Positions 8,539-17,317 are shown, counted from the stretch's first letter. The stretch is 64,000 nucleotides of DNA from Syntrophaceae bacterium (GCA_018056765.1 JAGPFA010000014.1:90-64089), one strand, 5' to 3'. The notes: a model not told the origin generated them from the letters alone. Program-made: numbers and translations.

Positions 8539-10428
8539 TTAACCCCTTCCTGTAGGACTCTTCAAGGGCAATTGCCCGGCGATTATATTCGCCCGCATTG
8601 TCGCAGTTATTACCCGGTCATCTTCATCCACAAGGCTTACCCCGCCGTCGAGCGCTTTTGTTCGCCAGCGGACGGCTTTTTCAAACTCCCGGCGGCATTC
8701 CCACAGATACGGCACGGGGAGAAATCCCTCCTGAAATACACGGTAAAATCCTTCCGGGCTGTAAAGATCGGAAATGGCTGACTCCATCGCCTTGATGAGG
8801 GTTTGCGCCTCGGCAAACAAATGATCAGCCCTTTGCCGCACTTCCTGGTTGTGGCTCATATTTTCCACATTGCCGTTTTTTTTCTGCCGGCGATATTCGA
8901 AAAGCGCATGACGGGTTATCCGGATGCTTTCGTTGATGACCGGCGGGTCCGCCAGATGTGAGGCCTCGGAATAACTGACCACATGAATCATAGGCGGACT
9001 GGTCGGATCATCCGGCTCGATATCGTCCATCAGGGCGGTAACGGCGGCCAGCTGTGCTTTTGCCTTTTCCAGGTCATGGGAAAAATAGTCAAGGCCGCCG
9101 CGCGGCTGCAGAGTCACCGAAAAATACCTGTCTTCGAGCTGCCTCACTATTTTTAACGTCGCCCTGGCCTTGGCCAAATCCTGAATGCCCCAGGTCCAGC
9201 GCGGCGTATTGAGCATGTTTTGCAAAACCAGATGACGGATGCCCATTTGTTTGGCAAGCTTCGCCGCCAGCGCCACCGAAGCAATGCAGGTGACGTCGTC
9301 GGCGCCCCGGAAGGCAAAATGATGAGGCACGTTAGGCTCGAATGGTTTACCCGTCGTGGCAATATATCTGAGCGTCTCGATGTGCTGGCGGAGGTTCTCA
9401 TCAAGCGTATTGGGACCGCGGCCGTCAAGCAGGCAAAACCACCAAAGCGAAAGGGCATGCCAGGCAATGTTGAGCGAGTCTTCATGAATGCGGGCCAGCT
9501 CGGGCACATTGTGCGTACCGGCGTAGGTACGCACCAGCATGGGGCGGGCCGCTTCATGTATCTTTGCATACTCGTGGCGCGAATTGACGGGTACTCCCCC
9601 GCCGTTGGGCTTGTCACCCCAGTTTTCTTCGAAGTTCGACTGCGTCAGCTGTGAAGTGCCAATGGAGAGCACATCCAGAAAACCGGCGGCGGCCAGACTT
9701 TTTGTCCATTCAACAAACAGCCTTACCGCTTCTTCCCGCTTGGGTAAAAAAGGCCCGACATGCGCGCGTATTACCGGCGGAAGGCCACGTCTGCGGCCGT
9801 CGGCGACTCTCGCCGCCAGTGTGTCTTTTTTTGTCCCATATCCTTCATAACCGCCGCGATCCACTGGTTTAACACTTTCGTAATCTCCCCTGCGGATGAG
9901 TTCTTTTGCAAAGGCCATTCTGCCTTCGTCATAGGCCATGCCGGAAGACAGGGCGGCAGGCGCCCAGCCCGTCTCGATGCCCAGAATTGCAAGCGTCTCC
10001 AGCGGAGTTTCGTCTCCGGCAAAGACACCCGACACTTCCGGCACAATCTGCCGGACACGCTCGCAGGCAGCGGGCAGGCCGGCGAAAAACAAACCACGCA
10101 CCGGGCCACCCTGGCGGGCCAGCAGCTTCTTCTCTTTCAGCCGGTGAACCCAGCGTGCAAACAGCTCGGACCCCTGCTGCGGGTCAAGACGATAACTGAA
10201 ACCGAGCATGGTAATGCGGCGTAAACGCAGCCACCGCTCAACCTCTTCGATGGCCTGATCCGACTGAGGATGTGCAAATGCCTCGCAGATCCGGGCATCC
10301 CCGATCAGTGCCTCTATCCGGCAGTCCTGAAGGAGCTGATACACGGAATAGATCCCCAGTGTATGCGCTTCGAGCCCGGGGCGCACCAGTCCGAAACGGT
10401 CGGATCGTCTGGTCGTAACGGTATTCAT
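8539..10428 (-). CDS. B12-binding-like domain fused to a TIM-barrel-like domain, function unknown
   Basis: 629 aa. The N-terminal ~150 aa resemble a cobalamin-binding Rossmann-like domain, with EAHTLG where DxHxxG is expected. By eye the remainder loosely resembles a glutamate-mutase-E-type barrel. Sits 3 nt upstream of the AsnB-like gene. Confidence 0.4.
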   Translation of the reverse strand: MNTVTTRRSDRFGLVRPGLEAHTLGIYSVYQLLQDCRIEALIGDARICEAFAHPQSDQAIEEVERWLRLRRITMLGFSYRLDPQQGSELFARWVHRLKEKKLLARQGGPVRGLFFAGLPAACERVRQIVPEVSGVFAGDETPLETLAILGIETGWAPAALSSGMAYDEGRMAFAKELIRRGDYESVKPVDRGGYEGYGTKKDTLAARVADGRRRGLPPVIRAHVGPFLPKREEAVRLFVEWTKSLAAAGFLDVLSIGTSQLTQSNFEENWGDKPNGGGVPVNSRHEYAKIHEAARPMLVRTYAGTHNVPELARIHEDSLNIAWHALSLWWFCLLDGRGPNTLDENLRQHIETLRYIATTGKPFEPNVPHHFAFRGADDVTCIASVALAAKLAKQMGIRHLVLQNMLNTPRWTWGIQDLAKARATLKIVRQLEDRYFSVTLQPRGGLDYFSHDLEKAKAQLAAVTALMDDIEPDDPTSPPMIHVVSYSEASHLADPPVINESIRITRHALFEYRRQKKNGNVENMSHNQEVRQRADHLFAEAQTLIKAMESAISDLYSPEGFYRVFQEGFLPVPYLWECRREFEKAVRWRTKALDGGVSLVDEDDRVITATMRANIIAGQLPLKSPTGRG

Positions 10429-12092
10429 CAGGTTCCTCCATTGTGGCCGTGCCTGCCGAATCCCAGTTGCAGTGTGTAGTCGATTTCTTTGGGTTTACCC
10501 GGTTTTAATTCCATTTTTTTATTTTCAGCGCCGACAATGAAAAAGCGGATATCCTTGACCGACATGCCGGCAATACCCAGCTTATCCACGGTTCTGCCCA
10601 GCGACATATAATCCACTCCATGCATGATGGAAGCCAGGTGGATAATCGAACGCATGGCCGGCGTCGGCACACCCAGCATCTCTCCAATTGATGCGATGGG
10701 CACCAGACTTGCCGGAACGTCTTCGGCAATATAGCGATGATGAACAGTAGAGGTCGCCATGATACCCCGGTAGCCGGGATTGGCGCGCATTGCCTCCAGG
10801 AGCGTCTTCCCCGCGGCGTTATAAGCAAGATAGAGCCATTCGCGCGCCGTATTGGCGCGAATGCCCAGTGCAGCCGCAACGGCGACCCGCTCTTCGTCGA
10901 TCGCCTCCAGAATATCGGCCACGGCGGGCGTCACTCCCTCAAGATAGAACTGAAAATCGCCGTTTGTATCCTCGATCCGCCCCGAATTCAAAATAGTGAT
11001 GGCCGGATGAAAAACAGCACCGATATTGTCCAGCCCCGTTTTCAGCACATTGTCACCCGGCACGAATTGCGGAAGGGCGGTTCTGATGATGGGCAGGATA
11101 TCGGCAGTCTGATAGGCGGGCAGCGCCGCCAGCGGCACGGAATTTTTGATACCGAAAATGTGCACCTGGCCGGGATTGGTCAGCCGCGAGGCATAAATCA
11201 ACGTCTGCGCCTCGGCTATATACGGATGGACATCCGGATTGATGGTTTTGATGACCTGCGCAAACTCGAGGGCGCCGCCCGTTCTGCCGGGATTGAGCAC
11301 GACAATCTGACCGTCACGGATATGAGGACCGATAATCTGTGCTACACTCCGATGCGCCGTGGCCGGAACCACGACCATCAAAACATCACAATCCTCGACG
11401 GCCCGTGCGGCTTCGGTCGTGACGACATCAAGCCTGGCCAGCCCCTGCACTTCGCCCGTCACATCAATCCCGCCACGGGCGATAACCGGTGCCAGACGGT
11501 CAAAATTCCTTGTGAACAAATTTACTTTCCGCCCCATGAGCGCTAAATGACCCGCCATGGCCATGCCGCCGGCTCCGGCGCCCACTACGCAAAAACGTGG
11601 CGAATTAGTTTCTTCCATCACGTCTCCCAGCAGGGCCTCCACCGCTTCAAGCACGGAGACAACTTCCTGCGGGCTTTCCGCCGCCAGCAGGCGCTGAACA
11701 AATTCTTCATGTTCGCACATGTGCGCAATACGGATTAAAACACGTATATAGAGATCATGCGTCTGAGGAGGGGCCAGCAGAAGGAAAACCAAATGTGCAT
11801 GCTCATTGGGGCCATCCCCCCACAGGACACCTTCGCGGCTGGAAGCTATTGCTACAAGAGGCTGTTTGCATGCCTGGGAAATAGTATGAGGGATCGCCAC
11901 AAAATACTTCCCTGCCTGCATACGCACCAGGTAGCTTCTTTCGTGTACGGCTATGTCACGGGCGGCCAGTTTTTTATCCAGTCCCCAGACACGGCGTGCC
12001 GCGTCCAGAAGCCTGTTGATGACTTCCTGTCGTCCCTTGGCCGCGATATTGACTATTGCTGCTTCCGGCTTTAATATTTCGGCGATACGCAT
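10428..12092 (-). CDS. PTS EIIA(Ntr/Fru)-type domain fused to an NAD(P) opine (octopine/nopaline) dehydrogenase family enzyme
   Basis: 554 aa. N-terminal EIIA-2 features (MRIAEILKPEAAIV..., FVAIPHT). Then GxGxxG (VVGAGAGGMAMAGHL) and the C-terminal octopine-DH signature HHRYIAEDVPASLVPIASIGEMLGVPTP. Confidence 0.65.
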   Translation of the reverse strand: MRIAEILKPEAAIVNIAAKGRQEVINRLLDAARRVWGLDKKLAARDIAVHERSYLVRMQAGKYFVAIPHTISQACKQPLVAIASSREGVLWGDGPNEHAHLVFLLLAPPQTHDLYIRVLIRIAHMCEHEEFVQRLLAAESPQEVVSVLEAVEALLGDVMEETNSPRFCVVGAGAGGMAMAGHLALMGRKVNLFTRNFDRLAPVIARGGIDVTGEVQGLARLDVVTTEAARAVEDCDVLMVVVPATAHRSVAQIIGPHIRDGQIVVLNPGRTGGALEFAQVIKTINPDVHPYIAEAQTLIYASRLTNPGQVHIFGIKNSVPLAALPAYQTADILPIIRTALPQFVPGDNVLKTGLDNIGAVFHPAITILNSGRIEDTNGDFQFYLEGVTPAVADILEAIDEERVAVAAALGIRANTAREWLYLAYNAAGKTLLEAMRANPGYRGIMATSTVHHRYIAEDVPASLVPIASIGEMLGVPTPAMRSIIHLASIMHGVDYMSLGRTVDKLGIAGMSVKDIRFFIVGAENKKMELKPGKPKEIDYTLQLGFGRHGHNGGT

Positions 12093-12636
12093 CGTTCCCC
12101 CTTAACACTGCCATGAAACCCACAAGGTGCAGGATTCATCTAAAGACTGCGGCAAGCTGTATCGTGCTCTTTTTTGTTGATAAATGCACAATGCGTCTTT
12201 TTGAAACCTGCGCCCGAACCTCAGGCCTCGGCAATCAAATTATTTTTGCTTGGTTGGCGATCCGTTTTTGTCAAATCGCAATGTTATCCAGAGAACCGGC
12301 TGAAAAGCGAGGCACTCCTTTACTTTCGTCGCGGCGGTAACTTTCTTCTTTACCGCCCGGCCTGAACCATTTCAACACCTGTCATTCATGAGATGGAATT
12401 TGGGGAAAAGAAATGGTTGGCGGCCAAAGGAATTGCTTTATGCGTGCTAGTATAGTTAATGCTCCCTGTGATGTCAATAAAGAATTGTTTTTGCCAAAGC
12501 GGTTTAGAAATACCTGGTTTGCGGTTCATGTTGGATAGTGGATAGCTGATAACTCGTAGTTTTCCGTTGATGCTTCGACAGGCTCACCATGAACGGCAAT
12601 AAAGCGCGAAGCGAAACGCCAATGTCCCCCGTTCAT

Positions 12637-12718
12637 CCTGAGCTTGTCGAAGCATGCCCTGAGCCTGTCGAAGGCATGCCCTGAGCCTGTCGAAGGCATG
12701 CCCTGAGCCTGTCGAAGG
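12637..12718. repeat. tandem 21-22-bp repeat, about 3.8 copies (CCTGAGCCTGTCGAAGGCATGC)
   Basis: Direct reading gives units at 12637-12657, 12658-12679, 12680-12701 and a partial one at 12702-12718. An inverted partner (TGCTTCGACAGGCTCACCATGAACGG) lies at about 12570-12597. Confidence 0.9.
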
Positions 12719-12821
12719 GGGGGGAGGTGTGATTAAACTTCCTCACACACGGCGTTGAATTTGACAGATGAAGCATCACAGATTATAAGGTCTTTACATG
12801 AGTTTTTGTAAGGAGGCAGTC

Positions 12822-13412
12822 ATGGACATTGCCGCAATTTATCATTCGGAAATATTCAGAACCGGGATACTGGCTGTGCTGATATTTTTGGCCCGCATCT
12901 GCGACGTTTCTCTGAGTACTTTGCGGATAATTTACACTTCACGCGGAATCAGATACCTCGCCCCGATTATCGGTTTTTTTGAAGTTCTGGTGTGGCTTGT
13001 CGCCATGTCCCAGATCATCAACAACCTGACTAATCCCGTACTTTATATCGCCTACGCGGGCGGCTTCGCAATGGGAAATTTTGTGGGGATTTTTATCGAG
13101 GATAAGATGGCCATCGGCAGTGTCGTCATCCGGATTATCACTCAAAAAGACGCCTCTAGCCTTCTCGTTCATCTCAAAGAGGCTGGTTATGGAATCACAC
13201 ATGTTGACGCACAGGGTGCCATGGGAATGGTAAAAATTATTTTCACCATTGTCCGCAGAAAAGATATCAAGCCTGTTTTAAACATTGTCAGCCGCTGCAA
13301 CCCGCTTGCTTTCTACACCATCGAAGACGTCCGCGGCGTGCGTAAAGGCGTGTTTCCCATCATTAAAAAAGGTAATGGCCTGGCCCACATGCTTCATCTG
13401 CCACGCGACTGA
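12822..13412 (+). CDS. UPF0316 (DUF2179/DUF5698) family membrane protein
   Basis: The ORF track starts at 12798, but AGGAGG at 12811-12816 favours the ATG at 12822. N-terminal TM region with CDVSLSTLRII and a C-terminal DUF2179-like alpha/beta domain. Confidence 0.6.
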   Translation: MDIAAIYHSEIFRTGILAVLIFLARICDVSLSTLRIIYTSRGIRYLAPIIGFFEVLVWLVAMSQIINNLTNPVLYIAYAGGFAMGNFVGIFIEDKMAIGSVVIRIITQKDASSLLVHLKEAGYGITHVDAQGAMGMVKIIFTIVRRKDIKPVLNIVSRCNPLAFYTIEDVRGVRKGVFPIIKKGNGLAHMLHLPRD

Positions 13413-13604
13413 AATTATCAAAGATTAGCCGTCTTTTCAGATAAGTTGTTTTTCGCATCAGTGGACCGGATTTTTACAAAAGCACCTTTATCGCCGTTTG
13501 CCATCGTAAAATCCATTCATCGACATGCCCGTGTTCATCTTAGGGTATGCAATCATTTATCCACCTCGCAAGATTAGACGCTGTAGGTTCAGCCATAAAT
13601 TTTC

Positions 13605-13632
13605 TTGACATTCATGGTTTTTTGATTATTAT
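13605..13632 (+). promoter_or_regulatory. sigma70-type promoter of the Fur-family gene (TTGACA-N16-TATTAT)
   Basis: -35 TTGACA at 13605-13610 and -10 TATTAT at 13627-13632. Immediately followed by the palindrome GGAATGATTCC at 13640-13650. Confidence 0.5.
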
Positions 13633-13653
13633 GAAAACTGGAATGATTCCGAC

Positions 13654-14088
13654 ATGAAAAAAGTGGACAAAAAAGAAATGATCGGCCGCCTGAAAGAAAG
13701 AGGCCTTAGAATTACGCCCCAGCGTCTTGCTGTAGTGGATGCTCTTGCCGATAATTACCATAAGCATCCGGGGACAATGCTGATTTACGATGAGGCCCGC
13801 AGGAGAGCGCCTCACATAAGCCTCTCTACGGTTTATGCGACACTTAAGGAATTTTCAGAAAACGGCCTGATCAGACAACTGGAGTTTGATCGTCTGGAAA
13901 ATCGCTATGATATCGATCTTTCCGACCATGTTAACCTCATCTGCCGGCGTTGCGGAAAAATTGTGGACTATCATCTGCTGCAATCAATTGAGCCACGGGA
14001 TATCGCCCGGCAGACAGGTTTCATTTTAACGGACACCCGACTTGATTTTTACGGGTATTGCCGCGATTGCCTGAAGCGTCCTGTATAA
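13654..14088 (+). CDS. perR: Fur family transcriptional regulator, PerR-like
   Basis: 144 aa. Winged-helix segment ITPQRLAVVDAL...LSTVYATLKEF and two CxxC pairs (CRRCGK, CRDC). Heads a rubrerythrin/desulfoferrodoxin operon, as perR does in sulfate reducers. The symbol is inferred from context. Confidence 0.7.
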   Translation: MKKVDKKEMIGRLKERGLRITPQRLAVVDALADNYHKHPGTMLIYDEARRRAPHISLSTVYATLKEFSENGLIRQLEFDRLENRYDIDLSDHVNLICRRCGKIVDYHLLQSIEPRDIARQTGFILTDTRLDFYGYCRDCLKRPV

Positions 14089-14153
14089 GCCGATCGGTTG
14101 TGTGGGCATGCCACCCGCAGGTATGCCGATGCGTCAGGATGGATATATAATCA

Positions 14154-14164
14154 GGAATCATTCC
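14154..14164. promoter_or_regulatory. candidate PerR operator half-palindrome GGAATCATTCC (second copy)
   Basis: Exact reverse complement of the 13640-13650 element. It sits just after a TATAAT hexamer (14146-14151) upstream of rubrerythrin. Confidence 0.4.
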
Positions 14165-14255
14165 AACCCAGTGCAGGGTGCCGGGCTTACGGAAACCTAA
14201 AAACACGGCCGGTAATACCGGCTGCAAAAAATATCAAAACCAGGAGGAGGTAATT

Positions 14256-14753
14256 ATGTCAAAAACACAACAGGCATTGATGGAGGCGTTTGCCGGTGAA
14301 TCTCAGGCAAACCGTAAATACCTGGCTTTTGCCGCCAGGGCGGATCAGGAAGGATTCAGCCAGGCGGCAAAGCTCTTTCGCGCTGCTGCAGAAGCGGAAA
14401 CCGTACACGCTCATGCACACCTGCGTGCCGCCAAAGGCATCCGCTCCACACAGGAAAATCTCAAAGAAGCCATCGCCGGTGAAACCTACGAATTTGAAAG
14501 CATGTACCCGCCCATGATTGAAGCGGCCAAAGCTGAAGGCAACAAAGAAGCTGAGCGTTCGTTTACCTACGCCTTTGAAGTGGAAAAAATTCATGCGCGT
14601 CTGTATCAGGAAATGCTGGATAATCTGGAGACCTCAAAAGAGACCTTCAGCTATTATGTCTGCCCGGTCTGCGGCTTCACGATCGAAAAGGAAGCGCCGG
14701 AAACCTGCCCAATTTGCGGAGCTAAAGGAAAAGTTTTCAAAAAAATTGATTAA
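14256..14753 (+). CDS. rbr: rubrerythrin
   Basis: ATG at 14256, preceded by AGGAGGAGG. N-terminal di-iron ferritin-like domain (ESQANRKYLAFA, ExxH motifs) and C-terminal rubredoxin-like CPVCG...CPICGA. Confidence 0.9.
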   Translation: MSKTQQALMEAFAGESQANRKYLAFAARADQEGFSQAAKLFRAAAEAETVHAHAHLRAAKGIRSTQENLKEAIAGETYEFESMYPPMIEAAKAEGNKEAERSFTYAFEVEKIHARLYQEMLDNLETSKETFSYYVCPVCGFTIEKEAPETCPICGAKGKVFKKID

Positions 14754-14783
14754 TCAACTGATAATAAACAAGGAGGGTATTTG

Positions 14784-15158
14784 ATGACTGCCAAAAATGA
14801 AATATACAAATGCGATTTATGCGGTAACATTGTGGCCGTACTTCATGAAGGGAAAGGCCAGTTGGTATGCTGCAACCAGCCGATGAAAGCGCTCGCCGAA
14901 AACACCACGGACGCGTCCAATGAAAAACATGTCCCGGTAATTGAAAAACTCTCAGACGGGATAAAAGTGACTGTGGGCAGCGTTGCTCATCCAATGGAAG
15001 AAAAGCACTATATCGAGTGGATAGAGCTCATCGCCGACGGAAAATCCTACCGTCAGTTCCTTTCTCCGGGTCAGGCGCCGGAAGCTTTCTTCCCCGTTGT
15101 TGCCGATAAAGTCACGGCCAGAGAATACTGTAATTTGCACAGTCTCTGGAAGGCTTAA
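14784..15158 (+). CDS. dfx: desulfoferrodoxin (2Fe superoxide reductase)
   Basis: N-terminal desulforedoxin motif YKCDLCGN...VCCNQPM. SOR domain has KHVPVIE and [14 protein letters not shown], with C-terminal CNLHSLW. RBS AGGAGG lies 7 nt upstream of the ATG at 14784. Confidence 0.9.
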   Translation: MTAKNEIYKCDLCGNIVAVLHEGKGQLVCCNQPMKALAENTTDASNEKHVPVIEKLSDGIKVTVGSVAHPMEEKHYIEWIELIADGKSYRQFLSPGQAPEAFFPVVADKVTAREYCNLHSLWKA

Positions 15159-15181
15159 GTCAACAACTGAAAGGATGAATC

Positions 15182-15700
15182 ATGGCAAAATTATACCGAT
15201 GTGAAATATGCGGCGACGCCTATATCGGATTCAATCCGCCACCCAACTGCCCCTTTTGCGGAGCGCACAGTGAACACATCAAGGAAGCCCATAAGGCCAG
15301 GGTGGACTTTGATGTGGAATTAACCGCGGCAGATCGCGCCAACGCCGAGCGCGCTTTGGGTGTAGAAGTCAGCAATGCCGCATTTTATATGTGCGCCGCC
15401 GCTCAAACCGACGATCCGGAAGGCAAGATTTTATTCAAGGCGCTGGGCAAGATCGAGGCGGAGCATGCCTCGATTTGGAGAAAAATCCTTAAGCTCGAAT
15501 CTGTGCCGCAGGGTAACGACCCGTGCCATACAAGCAATACCGATAATCTGAAGGAGTCACACGACAGGGAAACCCGGGCCATCAACTTTTACCGCAGTGC
15601 GGCCGCCGGGGCGGACCATCCGCGGATCCGTCAGATTTTCGAGGCTTTGGTGGATATAGAAACGGATCATCTTCATTTGTCTGAAGACCGGCTCAAATAA
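15182..15700 (+). CDS. rubrerythrin-family protein with N-terminal rubredoxin-like domain (reverse-rubrerythrin arrangement)
   Basis: 172 aa. CEICGD...CPFCGA at the N-terminus, then a ferritin-like domain with ExxH pairs (IEAEH, IETDH). Confidence 0.7.
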   Translation: MAKLYRCEICGDAYIGFNPPPNCPFCGAHSEHIKEAHKARVDFDVELTAADRANAERALGVEVSNAAFYMCAAAQTDDPEGKILFKALGKIEAEHASIWRKILKLESVPQGNDPCHTSNTDNLKESHDRETRAINFYRSAAAGADHPRIRQIFEALVDIETDHLHLSEDRLK

Positions 15701-15744
15701 AGCGCACCGTGGAGAGCCGGGGTAAAATGCCCCGCTCTCCCGAG

Positions 15745-15903
15745 ACGTTTGCATAACCACATAAAAACAATAATAATGTTATTCCCGCTGGTTGCTCGGC
15801 CTGTCGAAGCAGGCGGGAATCCATTTATTTTAAAGCTTTCTGGATGCCGGCCCTCCGATTTCGCGCAGGCATGACGAATAAGAGTCGTTTTTCAATGCTC
15901 TTC
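15745..15903. repeat. 159-bp REP/MITE-like intergenic element, copy A
   Basis: Near-identical to 54635-54793. Shared features: ACGTTTGCATAACCACATAAAAA..., ATTCCCGC...GTCGAAGCAGGCGGGAATCC and ...TTCTGGATGCCGGCC...ATGACGAATAAGAG. Contains internal inverted repeats. Confidence 0.85.
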
Positions 15904-15955
15904 TCCTGTCTGCCTGCAAACGCCGGGCGTGCCGAAATCAAACGGGCATCATCGG

Positions 15956-16645
15956 TTATTTACCCGGACCGGAGCCGTCCGTCTTTCTAATCATTTCAAT
16001 TATCGCTATCGATTCCGGCGGGAGCTCCCCGACCTGCTTCCCGGAGGCGAGGGCCAGATAGTAAATATGAGCTACTTTCTCCAGCAGCTCGGCATTCAAG
16101 ACAGCCTGATCAACTGAAGCACCTACCGTCACGATACCGTGGTTTTGTATGATACAGGCGTTGGCACCGCCGGCTAATTTCGCCTCTACATTACGGGCAA
16201 GCTCCGCTGTTCCGGAAAAAGCATAGGGAGCGACCTCGATTGTCGTTCCCAGCGCTAAGGCAACCTCGTCGAACAGCGGTGGTATGGCTGTTTTGATAAC
16301 GGAAAGAACACTCCCGTATGTCTGATGAGTATGGACAACAGCCGCTACCTCCGGCCTTACAAGATAAATAGCACGGTGCATTTCTGATTCAATAGACGGC
16401 TTGAGCCCCTGCTTCCCCTCAATGATCGCCCGATCAAGGCCGACGATAAAAATGTCGCCATCGGTCATCTCCTGGTAACGTAACCCTGAAGGTGTGATGG
16501 CCATGGCGTCTTCACCGTCAATGCGTACCGAAACGTTTCCGCCTGAGCCGCGCAAAGAACCGAAATAGCCATGCCCGGAAAGCCATAAGGCAGCGTCACG
16601 CACTTCTTTTTTATATTTAAGATATTTCTCCATGGCGGTCAGCAT
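15956..16645 (-). CDS. class II aldolase/adducin family protein (L-fuculose-phosphate aldolase-like)
   Basis: 229 aa with GSGGNVSVR, metal-ligand-type VVHTHQTYG, and IIQNHGIVTVG. Confidence 0.75.
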   Translation of the reverse strand: MLTAMEKYLKYKKEVRDAALWLSGHGYFGSLRGSGGNVSVRIDGEDAMAITPSGLRYQEMTDGDIFIVGLDRAIIEGKQGLKPSIESEMHRAIYLVRPEVAAVVHTHQTYGSVLSVIKTAIPPLFDEVALALGTTIEVAPYAFSGTAELARNVEAKLAGGANACIIQNHGIVTVGASVDQAVLNAELLEKVAHIYYLALASGKQVGELPPESIAIIEMIRKTDGSGPGK

Positions 16646-16850
16646 TATTCCTTTCCAGTGGTTATGATCGACCTGGTCTCCTTATTAGCATGTGTTACGG
16701 ACTCTGACAAGTGATCCAGCCTTTTTCCGGACGGCAAATATTATCCTTGATTTTCACGTGCGTCTGGTGTAGAAGCCGCACTACAATTCAATAGGGTCTC
16801 CCCTTGCTCGCGGCACGGACCGCGGGCTTTAGAGCCGAAAGGAGGAAGTT

Positions 16851-17315
16851 TTGAAAAGATACGAAGTTGTCGCTATTGTCAAAGTTGACCTTGCAGAAGA
16901 AGAAATCAGCGCCATCATCGATAAGGCGTCGCTGATCATCACTGAACGCAAAGGCATCATCGCCAAAGCCGAAAAATGGGGCAAAAGGCGCCTGGCTTAC
17001 GAAATCAACAAGCAAAAAGACGGATTTTATTTATTTATCGACTATGCGGGCGACGGGGCTATCGTCGCCGAAATGGAGAGAAATTTTAAAATTGACGACC
17101 GGATTTTAAAATTTCTGACTGTGGCCACCTCCGGCGCTGTAACCCGAGAAGGTATTGACGCTGAAATTGCCGAGGCGGAAGCCAGGCGTTCGCAGGCGCA
17201 AGCTGAGCCACAGGCGATTACCAACGTGGAAAAGCCGGCAAAAGAAGAGAAACAGGAAGACGAGCCGGCCCGGAGTGACGCCCAAACAGAAGCTAATGAG
17301 ACGAAAGGGGAATAA
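16851..17315 (+). CDS. rpsF: 30S ribosomal protein S6
   Basis: TTG start after [18 protein letters not shown]...[13 protein letters not shown] is canonical S6. Acidic C-terminal tail. Confidence 0.95.
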   Translation: MKRYEVVAIVKVDLAEEEISAIIDKASLIITERKGIIAKAEKWGKRRLAYEINKQKDGFYLFIDYAGDGAIVAEMERNFKIDDRILKFLTVATSGAVTREGIDAEIAEAEARRSQAQAEPQAITNVEKPAKEEKQEDEPARSDAQTEANETKGE

Positions 17316-17317
17316 TA

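Noticed and set aside
12366-12460. Sigma54 promoter upstream region (TTGGCGGCCAAAGGAATTGCTT)
   Set aside because: The GG-to-GC spacing is 4 nt too long for a -24/-12 promoter.
12637-12718. Possible CRISPR array (regular short repeats)
   Set aside because: The units are directly abutting 21-22-bp tandem copies with no unique spacers, and no cas genes are nearby. It is a simple tandem repeat derived from a REP-like element.
16760-16850. rpsF 5' leader as the S6:S18 autoregulatory RNA motif
   Set aside because: A GC-rich hairpin (CGCGGCACGGACCGCGGG) precedes the RBS. I cannot verify the conserved motif without a covariance model, so it is not reported as a feature.
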